DNA from: Ascoidea asiatica JCM 7603
Taxonomy: Eukaryota > Fungi > Ascomycota
Direction of reading: 5' to 3'
Assembly: GCA_001600695.1 (NCBI GenBank)
Contig: BCKQ01000023.1
Span: 123,417-166,137, forward strand
DNA: 42,721 nt
Shown piece after piece: positions 20,824 through 31,272 of this stretch (the stretch's first letter is position 1; each line of letters opens with the position of its first letter). The notes under the pieces were generated by a model. The model saw only the letters and a program-made list of their open reading frames with translations. It was not told where the DNA came from and did not search any database. Made by a program: the position numbers and the translations under genes.

Positions 20824-20839
20824 GCTGAGCTAAAACAGC
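20767..20839 (-). tRNA. tRNA-Phe(GAA), intronless
   Basis: GCTGTTTTAGCTCAGCTGGGAGAGCGTCAGACTGAAGATCTGAAGGTCCTGTGTTCGATCCACAGAAATAGCA, 73 nt. Confidence 0.96.
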
Positions 20840-21001
20840 AAGAATATAAAAAGTTAAATTTTAATCTGGTCCTAGACATAAAAGTAAGTTATTTTTAATT
20901 TTCCTTATTCGATAGTATATCACCTGACTTAGCATCATAAAACCCTTTTAAAACAAATAGTTTCAATTATTGATACTCGGATACTTCAAGAACCAAATAA
21001 T

Positions 21002-21061
21002 AGATAATAAATAAGATAATAAATAAGATAATAAATAAGATAATAAATAAGATAATAAATA
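21002..21061. repeat. Tandem repeat (AGATAATAAATA)x5
   Basis: Five 12-bp copies. Confidence 0.9.
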
Positions 21062-21661
21062 AAATAGGTAATAAATAATGATCAGATAATAAACAACAGT
21101 TTTTTTTACTCGTATTTCACATAACCACATCACTCAAAGCAGGTTTGATTAATTGAAGCCTCTTGAAATCCATTCAAATACATTCCAATTCATTCAATTT
21201 CACTTATTTTCATGTAAATCAAGAAATTTAACTTATTTTTTATACAAACTTAAGGATTTTATTTAACTTGATTTTATTATTATGAAACAAATTTGAAATT
21301 AATTTGAAATTAATTTGAAATTGATTTAAATTATGTTTATTACCATAGTAATAGATTTAAATAAATATGTATTTCGTTTATTCGTTATTTATTCATAACC
21401 ATAAATTTACCACAAAACCAGATATTAAAATGTAATTTATCTATAATATTATTTTTTCTTTAATAAAAGTTTTTAATCAAGTTTTGAATTGAATACTTTT
21501 TTATAATTTCCATAATTTTTTTTTGTTATAAATATTTAAAATATTCCTTGATAATCATATTACTATATTTCTGTATTACTTTATTACTATATTATTATAC
21601 TACTATATTAATATATTTTCATTAATAATAAAAAAAGTAAATAAGAAGTTTAAAATTAAAA

Positions 21662-21922
21662 ATGGGTTTTTTAGATTCAATTCAAGATAAAGCAGAAAGT
21701 GAAATGCAAAAAAGAGTACAAAATAAAATTATTGATGGTTTTGAAGATCAAATTCAATCAAAATATGGTATTGATATAGATTTCAATAATAATGATAAAA
21801 AAGATTCTTCTTCTTCTTCAAATAATAATAACAATAATAATAACAATAACAGCAACAATAGTAACTCAAAAGATAGTTCTAATGGAGATCTATTAAATAA
21901 TCTTGCAAGTAAATTCTTCTAA
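21662..21922 (+). CDS. Small hypothetical protein (86 aa), partial paralog of the adjacent prion-like protein
   Basis: aaaATG start; shares the motif MQ..V/Q.KI(I/V)DG(F/I)E.QI..K(Y/F)G...D(F/L)N and an LAS.F motif with 22287..23144. Confidence 0.75.
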   Translation: MGFLDSIQDKAESEMQKRVQNKIIDGFEDQIQSKYGIDIDFNNNDKKDSSSSSNNNNNNNNNNSNNSNSKDSSNGDLLNNLASKFF

Positions 21923-22286
21923 TAAATTAGTTAGTTTAAATATTAAATAAATAGTATTATTGTTAATAAATATTTCATTTTCTATTTCAGTTTGTATGTA
22001 TTTAAGCCATTACTTTCACATGGAGCAGCAGTGCGAGAGTTTGCGAGTACCGTACTAAAATTGTATATGGATAATTTCATTTGAAAACTCGTTATTTTGC
22101 ATAATAAAAATCCGTTAACATTTCTGATTTACTATTTTATAATTATTATTATTATTTGATTATTTGATTATTCATTTACTTTATTATTTGATTATTCTAT
22201 TCATATTTATATAAATATACAATTACTATTACATATACAAGTACAAGTTAAAATTACAGATCATAGATTAACCCTCACTACTAAAG

Positions 22287-23144
22287 ATGTCTTCAAATAA
22301 TAATAATTATAATTATAATAACAACCAAGGAAATAATAATGGAACTACAGATAGAGGATTATTAGATAATTTAAGTACTTTAAATAAATTAAATCAACAA
22401 TTTAATGGTAAAGGTAATGGTAATTCTAATTCTAATTATAATTCAAATTCTAATGGTAATAAATCATCTTCAATGCAAGATAAAATTGTTGATGGAATTG
22501 AACAACAAATTTCTAAAAAATTTGGATTTAATGTTGATTTAAATGGTAATCAAAGTAATCAAAATAGCCACGGTAATAGTGGTAATAATGGTAATAATGG
22601 TAATAGTGGTAGTAATGGAGGTTTTGGTAAATTAGCAAGTTCTTTACTTGGTGGTGGTTCAAATCATAGTAACAATAGTAATAATAATAATAATAATAAT
22701 GGTAATAATAATAACAATAATTATGGAAATAGTAATGGTAATGGTAGTAGTGATACATTTGGTAAATTAGCTAGTTCATTATTAGGATCTGGTAAAAATT
22801 CAAATCAAAATCAATCTGGATCTGGTTCAGGTTCAGGTTCATCAGCTCTTGGTGGTGGATTAATTGGAGGATTAGCAAGTTCTTTTCTAGGTGGATCAAG
22901 TTCAAAACATTCCAATAATAATCAAAATGACTATAATAACAATAGTAATAATAATAATAATAATAATCATAATAACAACCAAGGATATAATCAAAATAAC
23001 TATGGTAATAACCAAGGTAGTTATGGAAATGGTAATCCAAGTGATTATGGTAGTTATGGTAATGGTAATCAAGGTAGTTATGGTAATGGTAATCAAGGTG
23101 GTTATGGTAATGGAAATGGTGGTCAAGGAGGAAATAGATGGTAA
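22287..23144 (+). CDS. N/G/S/Q-rich prion-like protein with Rnq1-like architecture
   Basis: 285 aa; three (F/I)G(K/G)LASS(L/F)LG hydrophobic repeats in an Asn/Gly/Ser background; C-terminal GNQG(S/G)YGN oligopeptide repeats; ends NRW. Confidence 0.8.
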   Translation: MSSNNNNYNYNNNQGNNNGTTDRGLLDNLSTLNKLNQQFNGKGNGNSNSNYNSNSNGNKSSSMQDKIVDGIEQQISKKFGFNVDLNGNQSNQNSHGNSGNNGNNGNSGSNGGFGKLASSLLGGGSNHSNNSNNNNNNNGNNNNNNYGNSNGNGSSDTFGKLASSLLGSGKNSNQNQSGSGSGSGSSALGGGLIGGLASSFLGGSSSKHSNNNQNDYNNNSNNNNNNNHNNNQGYNQNNYGNNQGSYGNGNPSDYGSYGNGNQGSYGNGNQGGYGNGNGGQGGNRW

Positions 23145-23436
23145 TTAGAAACGTTGATAAATTGATCATTTGACCACTGATAGTTTTTTTATTTTTTTTC
23201 TTTCTTTTATTCTTACATTTCCATATATTTTTCATATTTTGTCACTTATTCTTAATACCTAACAAACTTTATGAACACTAAAAGCATCAAAAGCATCAAA
23301 AGCATCAAAAACATCTCAGACAGATGAAACACAGGAAACAAAAGAAAAAAAAGAACCAAAGCGAAATACGCAAATTCACACTCGCAAACGCCGGGGAAGA
23401 TGAAATTCGATGCCCATCGCATCCTTACAACTGGTA

Positions 23437-23475
23437 AACTCCAGTGCAGTGGATCTGCACCACTGCACTGGAGTT
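23437..23475. repeat. Perfect 16-bp inverted repeat with a 7-nt loop
   Basis: AACTCCAGTGCAGTGG-atctgca-CCACTGCACTGGAGTT. Confidence 0.9.
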
Positions 23476-23524
23476 AAAAAAATAAAAATAAAATAAAAGA
23501 CCCATTGATATGGAGTCAAAAACC

Positions 23525-23775
23525 CACGTGAACGTTGTCGGAAACATAGTCCGAGGTAAACATAAACACGTGCTACATTTCTGCATGTGACAGCTGTTTG
23601 GAATTCCGGCAACAGTGACTCACCCAGCTGCTGCCTCCGCCTGCCTCCGCCTCTCTTTTAAATGACCTCGGATCTTCCCGCTGGCTTTTTCAAACAAAAT
23701 ACATCCGACTACTACTGAAGGTGGTCGTAACTTTAATTAATTACCATAATAATACAATCCGATTATACGCACGTG
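23525..23775. promoter_or_regulatory. STR3 upstream cluster: Cbf1-type E-boxes and a Gcn4/AP-1 site
   Basis: CACGTG at 23525, 23567 and 23770; CATGTGAC (= GTCACATG, RTCACRTG) at 23584-23591; TGACTCA at 23616-23622. Typical of sulfur amino-acid gene promoters. Confidence 0.6.
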
Positions 23776-24219
23776 TCTTTTACTAGCTGCCAAAAAAACT
23801 TTAAATTTTTGAAAATATTCTGAAATGTCAAAGAATTCGATCGCCAAATTATTACTCATAAACTCAGTGTAAAAAGTTGTTTGAGTGATAAATATCAAAT
23901 TTCAGTATAAATAAAAATTAGCTTCTTTCTTCTTCTTCTTCTTCTTCTTCTTTTTTTTCAAATATATTTCTTTTAATTTAATTCATTCTTATTTTGCTTC
24001 ATATAAGATTAAAATACTTTATAAAGCTAATTTATTTTATTAATATTTTGATAAAGACCAGTTATTACTCTTTATTAAAATTTTTATTTTAATTATCTTC
24101 TCAACAAGTTAATTTCCTTTTCTTTTCTTTTCATTTCATTTCCTATCTCCTTCTATTTCTCTTTCATTTCCCCTTTTTTCTCCATATTTTATTTGTTTTT
24201 TAAATAATTCATTCAGAAA

Positions 24220-25674
24220 ATGTCTTCAGATTCAGATTCAAATTCAAAATCTTTGTATAAATTTGATACAGAATTATTAAGATTAAATCATAATGATCAA
24301 AATTATTCTTCAGTTCCACCTTTATATCAATCAACAACTTTTAAACAAATTATAAATGGTAATAATACTTATGATTATACAAGATCTGGTAATCCAACAA
24401 GATCAATTTTAGAAAATCATTTATCTAAATTATCAAATTCAAAAAAAACTTTTGTAGTTTCAAGTGGTATGACTTGTTTAGATATAATTTTAAAATTATT
24501 ACCAAAAGATTCAATTGTATTTTCAGGTTTAGATCTTTATGGTGGTTCAAATAGATTATTAAATTATTATTCAAAAGATTTATCTCTTTTAAAATTATTT
24601 CAAATTGATACTTCTAATTTTAATGAAATTGAAAAAATTTTTAATGAAAAATTATTAAAATTTAATAATAAATCTAAAATTTCAATGATTATTTTAGAAA
24701 GTCCAACAAATCCATTAATGAAAATTATTGATTTAAAAAAAATTGTTAAATTTATTAAATTAAATTATCCAAATTGTATTATTGTTTTTGATAATACTAT
24801 GATGTCTCCATTATTTTTTAAACCTTTAAATTTTGGCATTGATATTCATTATGAATCTGCAACTAAATATCTTAATGGTCATCATGATATTATGGCAGGA
24901 ATGATATCTGTAAATAATTTAAATTTATCAAATAAAATTTATTTTATTATTAATTCAATTGGTTCTGGTTTAACTCCTTTTGATTCTTGGCTTTTAATTA
25001 GAGGTTTAAAAACTTTAAATATTAGATTAATTAAACAACAATCAAATGCTTTAATTTTATCTAATTTTTTAAATTTAATTCCATTTTTAAATAATAATGT
25101 TTATTATCCAGGTTTAAAAACAAAACAAAATTTAAAAAATTATAATTTACATAGATCTTTTAATAATGGTTATGGTTGTGTATTATCTTTTAAAACAAAT
25201 TCAATTTTAAAAAGTGAAAAAATTTTAAAAAAAATTAAATTATTTTCAATCACTGTTTCTTTTGGTTCATGTAATTCATTAATTTCATTACCTTGTAAAA
25301 TGTCTCATGCTTCAATTGATCCAAAAATTAGAAAAAAAAGAAATTTACCAGAAGATTTAATTAGAATTTCAACTGGTATTGAAAATCCTTTAGATTTAAT
25401 TAATGATTTATCTCAAGCTTTAATTTATTCTGGTATTAATATTCCAAAAAATTTAATTAATTATTTTAATGAAAAATTATCAACCAAATATCAAAATAAT
25501 GATTTTAATAATCAAATTAATAATGATTCTTTAAATGATTTAATATTTAATCAAAATAATAATAACATCAATAATAATAATAATAATAATAATAATAATC
25601 AAGATATTATTAATGATCAAGATAATTTAACTAATTATAATTCTGTTAATCAATTATTAATTCCAAAATTATAA
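24220..25674 (+). CDS. STR3: Cystathionine beta-lyase (PLP-dependent, Cys/Met metabolism family)
   Basis: SSVPPLYQSTTFKQ, YDYTRSGNPTR, DLYGG, LESPTNP, FDNTMMSP, YESATKYLNGHHDIMAG (PLP lysine), SFGSCNSLISLPCKMSHASI; C-terminal -PKL. Confidence 0.93.
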   Translation: MSSDSDSNSKSLYKFDTELLRLNHNDQNYSSVPPLYQSTTFKQIINGNNTYDYTRSGNPTRSILENHLSKLSNSKKTFVVSSGMTCLDIILKLLPKDSIVFSGLDLYGGSNRLLNYYSKDLSLLKLFQIDTSNFNEIEKIFNEKLLKFNNKSKISMIILESPTNPLMKIIDLKKIVKFIKLNYPNCIIVFDNTMMSPLFFKPLNFGIDIHYESATKYLNGHHDIMAGMISVNNLNLSNKIYFIINSIGSGLTPFDSWLLIRGLKTLNIRLIKQQSNALILSNFLNLIPFLNNNVYYPGLKTKQNLKNYNLHRSFNNGYGCVLSFKTNSILKSEKILKKIKLFSITVSFGSCNSLISLPCKMSHASIDPKIRKKRNLPEDLIRISTGIENPLDLINDLSQALIYSGINIPKNLINYFNEKLSTKYQNNDFNNQINNDSLNDLIFNQNNNNINNNNNNNNNNQDIINDQDNLTNYNSVNQLLIPKL

Positions 25675-25754
25675 ATTAATCAATTTTCATAAATTTTTTC
25701 CTCCCTTCTTTTACTGACTGTCTTTAACTTTTAATTTCTTCTATTTTCAATTCA

Positions 25755-26514
25755 ACTATCCAACTAGTTTTTTCATCATCCTTTTTTTTTATTATTTAAA
25801 TTAATAATTAACTTAAACATTCAATTACTATCCAACTAGTTCAATTGTCAATGTTTAAAAAATCTTCTTCAATATTTCTTGTTTTCAAATTAATTCAATA
25901 TTAATCAATCATAATTAATATATCTCAAACTATTGATTAGTTTACAGATATATATATATATACAGTATATGTATTATGATTATGAATTTTGAAAACATTA
26001 ATATGATAACTATCCAACTAGTTTTTTTACAATCAATGGTTTTTAATTGACTAAAATTAATTTACTATCCAACCAGTAACTGTTAATTTAGTCAAGAAAT
26101 ATATTCAGTGAATCTTTTAACATTGACTAAATATATTTCTATATCTTTCTTATTTTATATTTTATATTTTAACTCCCATCCAAAGACAGACAGTCAATCT
26201 CATCATCTTACTTACTATTTATTTATTTATATTTTAATTATCTCATTGCTTTTTTTGCATTGCATAGTCTATCCAACTAGACTCTTTATACCTCCTCACT
26301 CATGTTAAATTGTTATATTACACTATTTTTTCTCATATTTATGTTTTTTTTAATTAATTAATTCTCTTGGTTTTTTTTACTCTCTTTTTCTTTCTCTTTC
26401 TCTTTCTCTTTGTTTATTTTTTTCTCTTTATTATTATTTATGTTAATTATCATGCTATGTGTATCGGGTTTTAAAAATTTTGTTTCAATGAATTATAAAT
26501 GACTATCCAACTAG
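25755..26514 (+). repeat. Six dispersed direct copies of (A)CTATCCAACTAG
   Basis: Copies at 25755, 25827, 26009, 26064 (ACTATCCAACCAG), 26268 (TCTATCCAACTAG) and 26502, all in the same orientation. Confidence 0.85.
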
Positions 26515-27304
26515 TTCATTTTATAACATTTCTTTTTTTCAATTATTCTATTCTTAATAAATACAATGGAATCTCAATTGATTTCATTCTTCTTATTACT
26601 ACTTTTATTGTTATCTTCTCTCTGTAAATGACTGAAAGAGTTTCAATTATCATTTTCCTTGTCGAATTCAAAAACAGCAGATTTTGGTGAATTTGGTGAA
26701 CATTGCGGATTTTTATTAGTAAAACGAGATCCGCGATCCGGGTTTCCTCGTTTCCGTATTTGGAAATAAAAACAACTGAAACAAAAAGAAACAAAAGCAA
26801 AAGTCTTTGATTGTCAATGATAAGCAATTGGCTTTAGTAAGATAATTAATACCTCTAAAGAATTGCGTAGATATTAAATACGTAAATTATTTTCCCAATT
26901 TTTTTTGAAAAAAATATTTATTAAGGATTAAAACTACATTTTATATTATCTTTAGCACTTTCATTTCGCCAATTTTTAGTTAAACTTGATAAAAATCGAT
27001 AAAAATCTGATTCAAAGATTGATAGATTAAAATGAAAATATAAACAAAAGTACCACCAATTTATGAATGATGAAATTAGGCGACGGATATTAGACTTTAT
27101 TAAGTAAAAAGGAACAGATAAAAAAAAAGAAAATCAAAATTGAAGAAAAAAAAAAAAATAAGGAAAATGAAACAAGAAAACAAAAAATTAATCAATGGAT
27201 CAACAGAGGAGGTAAAATGTTTTTTTTATGAAGAATAAAGTAAAGTAAAATAAAATAGTGGAAAATATAATTTTATAGGTAGCATCTTGATTATTTTAAA
27301 GAAA

Positions 27305-29367
27305 CTATTCTTGTCCAAAACCAACAGTTTCTTCAACTGCTAAACTTAATTTTTTCGCTAAACTTTCTGCATCTGCATAAGGTGGTAAATCAACTCTATT
27401 GAAACATGTATGAGATTTTGGTAATTGATTTGATTCACCAGCTTTTTCAATTGTGAATCTTCTTGGACCATCTGAACCTTGTAAATCTTTAAATCCATTA
27501 ACAGGTATTCTTGAAGTACCTGTTGTAAATTGTAATAATCTTGCTCTTTGTTCATTATCCCATTCTTTTATTGTTTTCCAGAACCATTGTATAACTTCAT
27601 CACTTTCTTGATATCCTCTATAATCTGTATGTTTTTTCCAATCTTCAACATCAATTTCTGAAATACCACCAATTAATAATTCTAATTCTCTTTCATCAAA
27701 TACATTAACTAAATCTGCAGGAATTAATTCATTAAAACCATCAACAAATGCTTTGAATTGTTCTTCAACTCTTTTATAAATTTTAAATTCAGTTAATAAT
27801 TCAACATATTCTTTTTTATTATCTTCTGTAACATCAATATTATCACCATCTGGTTTTAATTCAATTGTTGTAACTTGACCAAATCTTTCATCTTCAATTG
27901 AGAATGTGAAACCTAAATCTGCTACATCATTTTCTACAATCCATTTTAAAGAATTATAATATTCTGCATCAACACCTTCCATATCTTGTAATACAACTTT
28001 TCTTCTTAACATCATTTTATATAAAGCTCCAATAAAAAAAGCATCTAAAAATCTTCTATGAAATACACATAAACCAACAACTCTACCAATAAATTTAAAA
28101 TAATTTAAATGTTCTGGATTTATTGAAGAATGTGGATTAATTTGTAAAGTATAATTATCATGAGCAGAATATTCAAATAAACCATAGGATGGATTAAACA
28201 TTTCATGAGATAATAAAAAGAAAAATTCTCTTGAAACTCCACCATAATCTAAACCTTCTTCACCATCGAATTTAATCATTAATCTTTTCTTTAAATCTTC
28301 TGAAGTTTGTCTCATAATTTCTTGATATGAATCTTCAAAAATATTTGATCTTTTAACTTTTATATGACATTGACCAGGTATAATTCTTAAAGCAGGTTGA
28401 GATCTAAAATATATAACTTTTCTTCTAAAATCTCTTTTATATTGAGGTACATTTTGATCTAAAGAAGAAGGTAATCTTGGATCATCCCAAGTTGTAGTTT
28501 TTGTATTATGATCAACAAAATAAACTCTTGCAGTATTTGTTAATCTCATTTCCCAACCACTTGGTAATGGACCTAATTGAGATACAGGTTGTTGTTGAAC
28601 AGTATTTGAATTAGTTGTACCATAAGATCTTATATATTGTTGTCTTCTTGGATCAACCCAAGTTGTAGTTCTTGTATTATGATCAACAAAATATGGTCTA
28701 CCATCAGGAGTTTCTCTTTGTTCCCAACCTGGTGGTAAATCACCTAAACCTGGAGTTGTACTTGAATTTGAAGCCATTGATAAAGCAGCAAATCCTGATG
28801 TTAAAGGAGTCATATTATTTGAATTTCTTACAACAGCTATATCTCCACTATCAGTATTATTTGGTTTTGGAGTTGGATGATTTGAAGTTTGAGCAGTAGT
28901 TGAAGTTATAGCAGTTGTTGAAGAAGATTGTCCAGGTAAAGTTCTACCTCTATGTTGTCTTCTTTCTTGTTCCATTACGCTTAATCTTTGTTGATTTCTT
29001 TCTTGTTCAGTTTGATTTAATTTTGGTCTTTGCCAAGTTGTTGTTTTACTATTATGATCTACATAATATGGTCTACCGAAATTATCAGTTTTTCTTTCCC
29101 AACCTGGAGGTAATTTTCCATATTGATCTTCAAATGATGATACAGGTCTTGGAGATATTGGAGATAGTATATCATTTGTATTTGAATTTGTATTTGTATT
29201 TGTATTTGAAGTTGTGGAAGAAGAAACTGTAGGAGGTATATTAATCGATAAATTATTATTATTATTATTATTATTAGGTATAGAAGTATTAGGGGTATAT
29301 GAATTTGAATTATTTATAGTTGAAGTTGTATTGGCGGTTAAATTATTACTTATATTACTGTTTGCAC

Positions 29368-29404
<37 letters not shown>

Positions 29405-29845
29405 GGAGATATTTTGAGTTGATTGATGATTTGAATGAGATAATTCAATGATTAATTTACCAGAAACATAAACATTATCATTTGATTTTTTTAAATCTTT
29501 TGTAATTGTTTCTATACATTTATCTAAATTTAAATCAATTATATCATTAATTTTTAAATTTATAACACCTAAAAATCCTTGATCTTTCTTTTTAAATTTT
29601 TTTTGATCAAAAATTTGTATAGTTAAAATTGAATTTTCATTAATATTTGAGAAACTAAAAGATTCATTCCAATATGGATTTAAAGTCTTTTTAGCAACAG
29701 AAGTTGTTTTAGTTTGAGTTCCATCAATTGTTAAAACAGCAAATGGATCTGGAGTTTTAAATACATCTCTTTTATATAAAGATTCAGCAGCAACTATTTT
29801 TACTGAAATTGTTGAATTTATTGCAGATGGACGATTGGAATACAT
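27305..29845 (-). CDS. RSP5: NEDD4-family HECT E3 ubiquitin ligase (C2-3xWW-HECT)
   Basis: C2 domain ([26 protein letters not shown]), three WW domains (LPPGWE...YYVDHN..TTTW), HECT ending [16 protein letters not shown]...EETVGFGQE. Confidence 0.98.
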
Positions 29846-31272
29846 TTTTTATATAATTTATTGATGATAAATATTATGAATATTATTATTAGTGAATATA
29901 ATAAATACTAAAAGGCTGCCGACAAAATAAAAAAAAAAGGAATTAAGAAGAATCTGAGAGAAACCAATGAGTAATAATATGATAGTGTGATAATGTAATA
30001 ATGACAATAATGACAATGCAAATAAATGAGTTATATTAATTATATTATTTTATCAGATTTAAAAAAATAGAATATTTTTAATATTTTTTTGGGATTGAAA
30101 ATTTATTGAATTGATATGTGATGAATTATTGAATCACAGTCAGTGAAAAAAGAGAATTAAAACCCGAATCAAAAAACTGAAATTGAAAGTGATACTGAAA
30201 CTAGGCAAAAGCAGCAGAGGAATCAGATTAATCAGAAAAAGAATCAGAAGAAACAGGAGAAACAGAAGAATAGAAAGAAACAGAAGAAAAAATGCAAATC
30301 TGAGAGGTTTGTATAGATTTGTATTTTTACTGTTGTTGATTGATATGAAGCTTAGCCTTGAACAGATCTTGTGTCGTTTTTTAGGTGATAACAATGCAAA
30401 ACTACTGTTCTTTTTGATGTTCTTTTTGATATTCTAAAGATTAGTTTAATGTTAATTTACTTACTCACTGACCACCGACTGCTAACGCTGTTTGTTTGTT
30501 TGTTTGTTAGCCCAGCTCAAGAATGGACTCCATGCTGGACTTGGACCACCTGCAAATGCCATTCCCCTTAATCGCCACACCTTAGCAAATGCTCCGTGCT
30601 TGTCCTTTGCAATCCGCACCGAAATCTCATGGTCGAATCTGTCACTCATCCAGTATGAAACAAACGCTTGCTTGATTTTCTACCGGTTGTTCCATAAAGG
30701 GTATTTTATCTTATATTTTTTAATTTTGTATCTGTATTTCCGACCAGATTAGCCCCCGGAGGCTTAGTGGAGACCCGAAATTCAGAAGTTCCCGAAACTG
30801 TGACTAAATGACCCGCAATATTATTTCCATCTGACTGTGGCTTGTGCATGTCGGAAATCCGGTTCTTCCATGCCCACCACGCCTGTTTTTTGTATCCGGT
30901 GTCGCACTGAGTTTGTTCATGCGCAGTACTGCATGTCTCACGTCTTTTCCGTCCAAATCCGTTGTTTTCTTCTTTTTTCTTCTTTTACAGCTGTTTTTGC
31001 TGGTTTTGTAATTGAGACCTCTTTTGTGGATGTGTTTTATTTAGATTAAGATCTTTTGCTTTTATTATTAATATATACAGAATATACTCTCTCTCATATG
31101 AATTGATTATACTTTACTAGATATTTCAGTAAAAATTCATGAAAAAAAAAAAATTAGATTGAATTCAAATATGACTGATTGATTAACCGATTAATAAGCT
31201 AATTGGAATTCAGGAATTGGGAAGTAAAATAATATTTGATTGTTTTGAAAATAAATTAACTACAAAATATAA

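Noticed and set aside
22528-23235. Tyr/His- and Ile/Thr-rich ORFs
   Set aside because: Alternative-frame or antisense readings of the (AAT/GGT)n repeats of the prion-like gene.
25755-26514. CRISPR-like interpretation of the 13-mer cluster
   Set aside because: Eukaryotic context; repeat too short; spacer lengths highly irregular; no cas genes.
27066-27130. Possible C/D snoRNA (ATGATGA box)
   Set aside because: No downstream CTGA D box or terminal stem found.
30140-31049. Short ORFs upstream of RSP5, including a Cys-containing one at 30837
   Set aside because: Non-ATG starts or low complexity; Cys spacing does not match the family; probably RSP5 5' leader and promoter.
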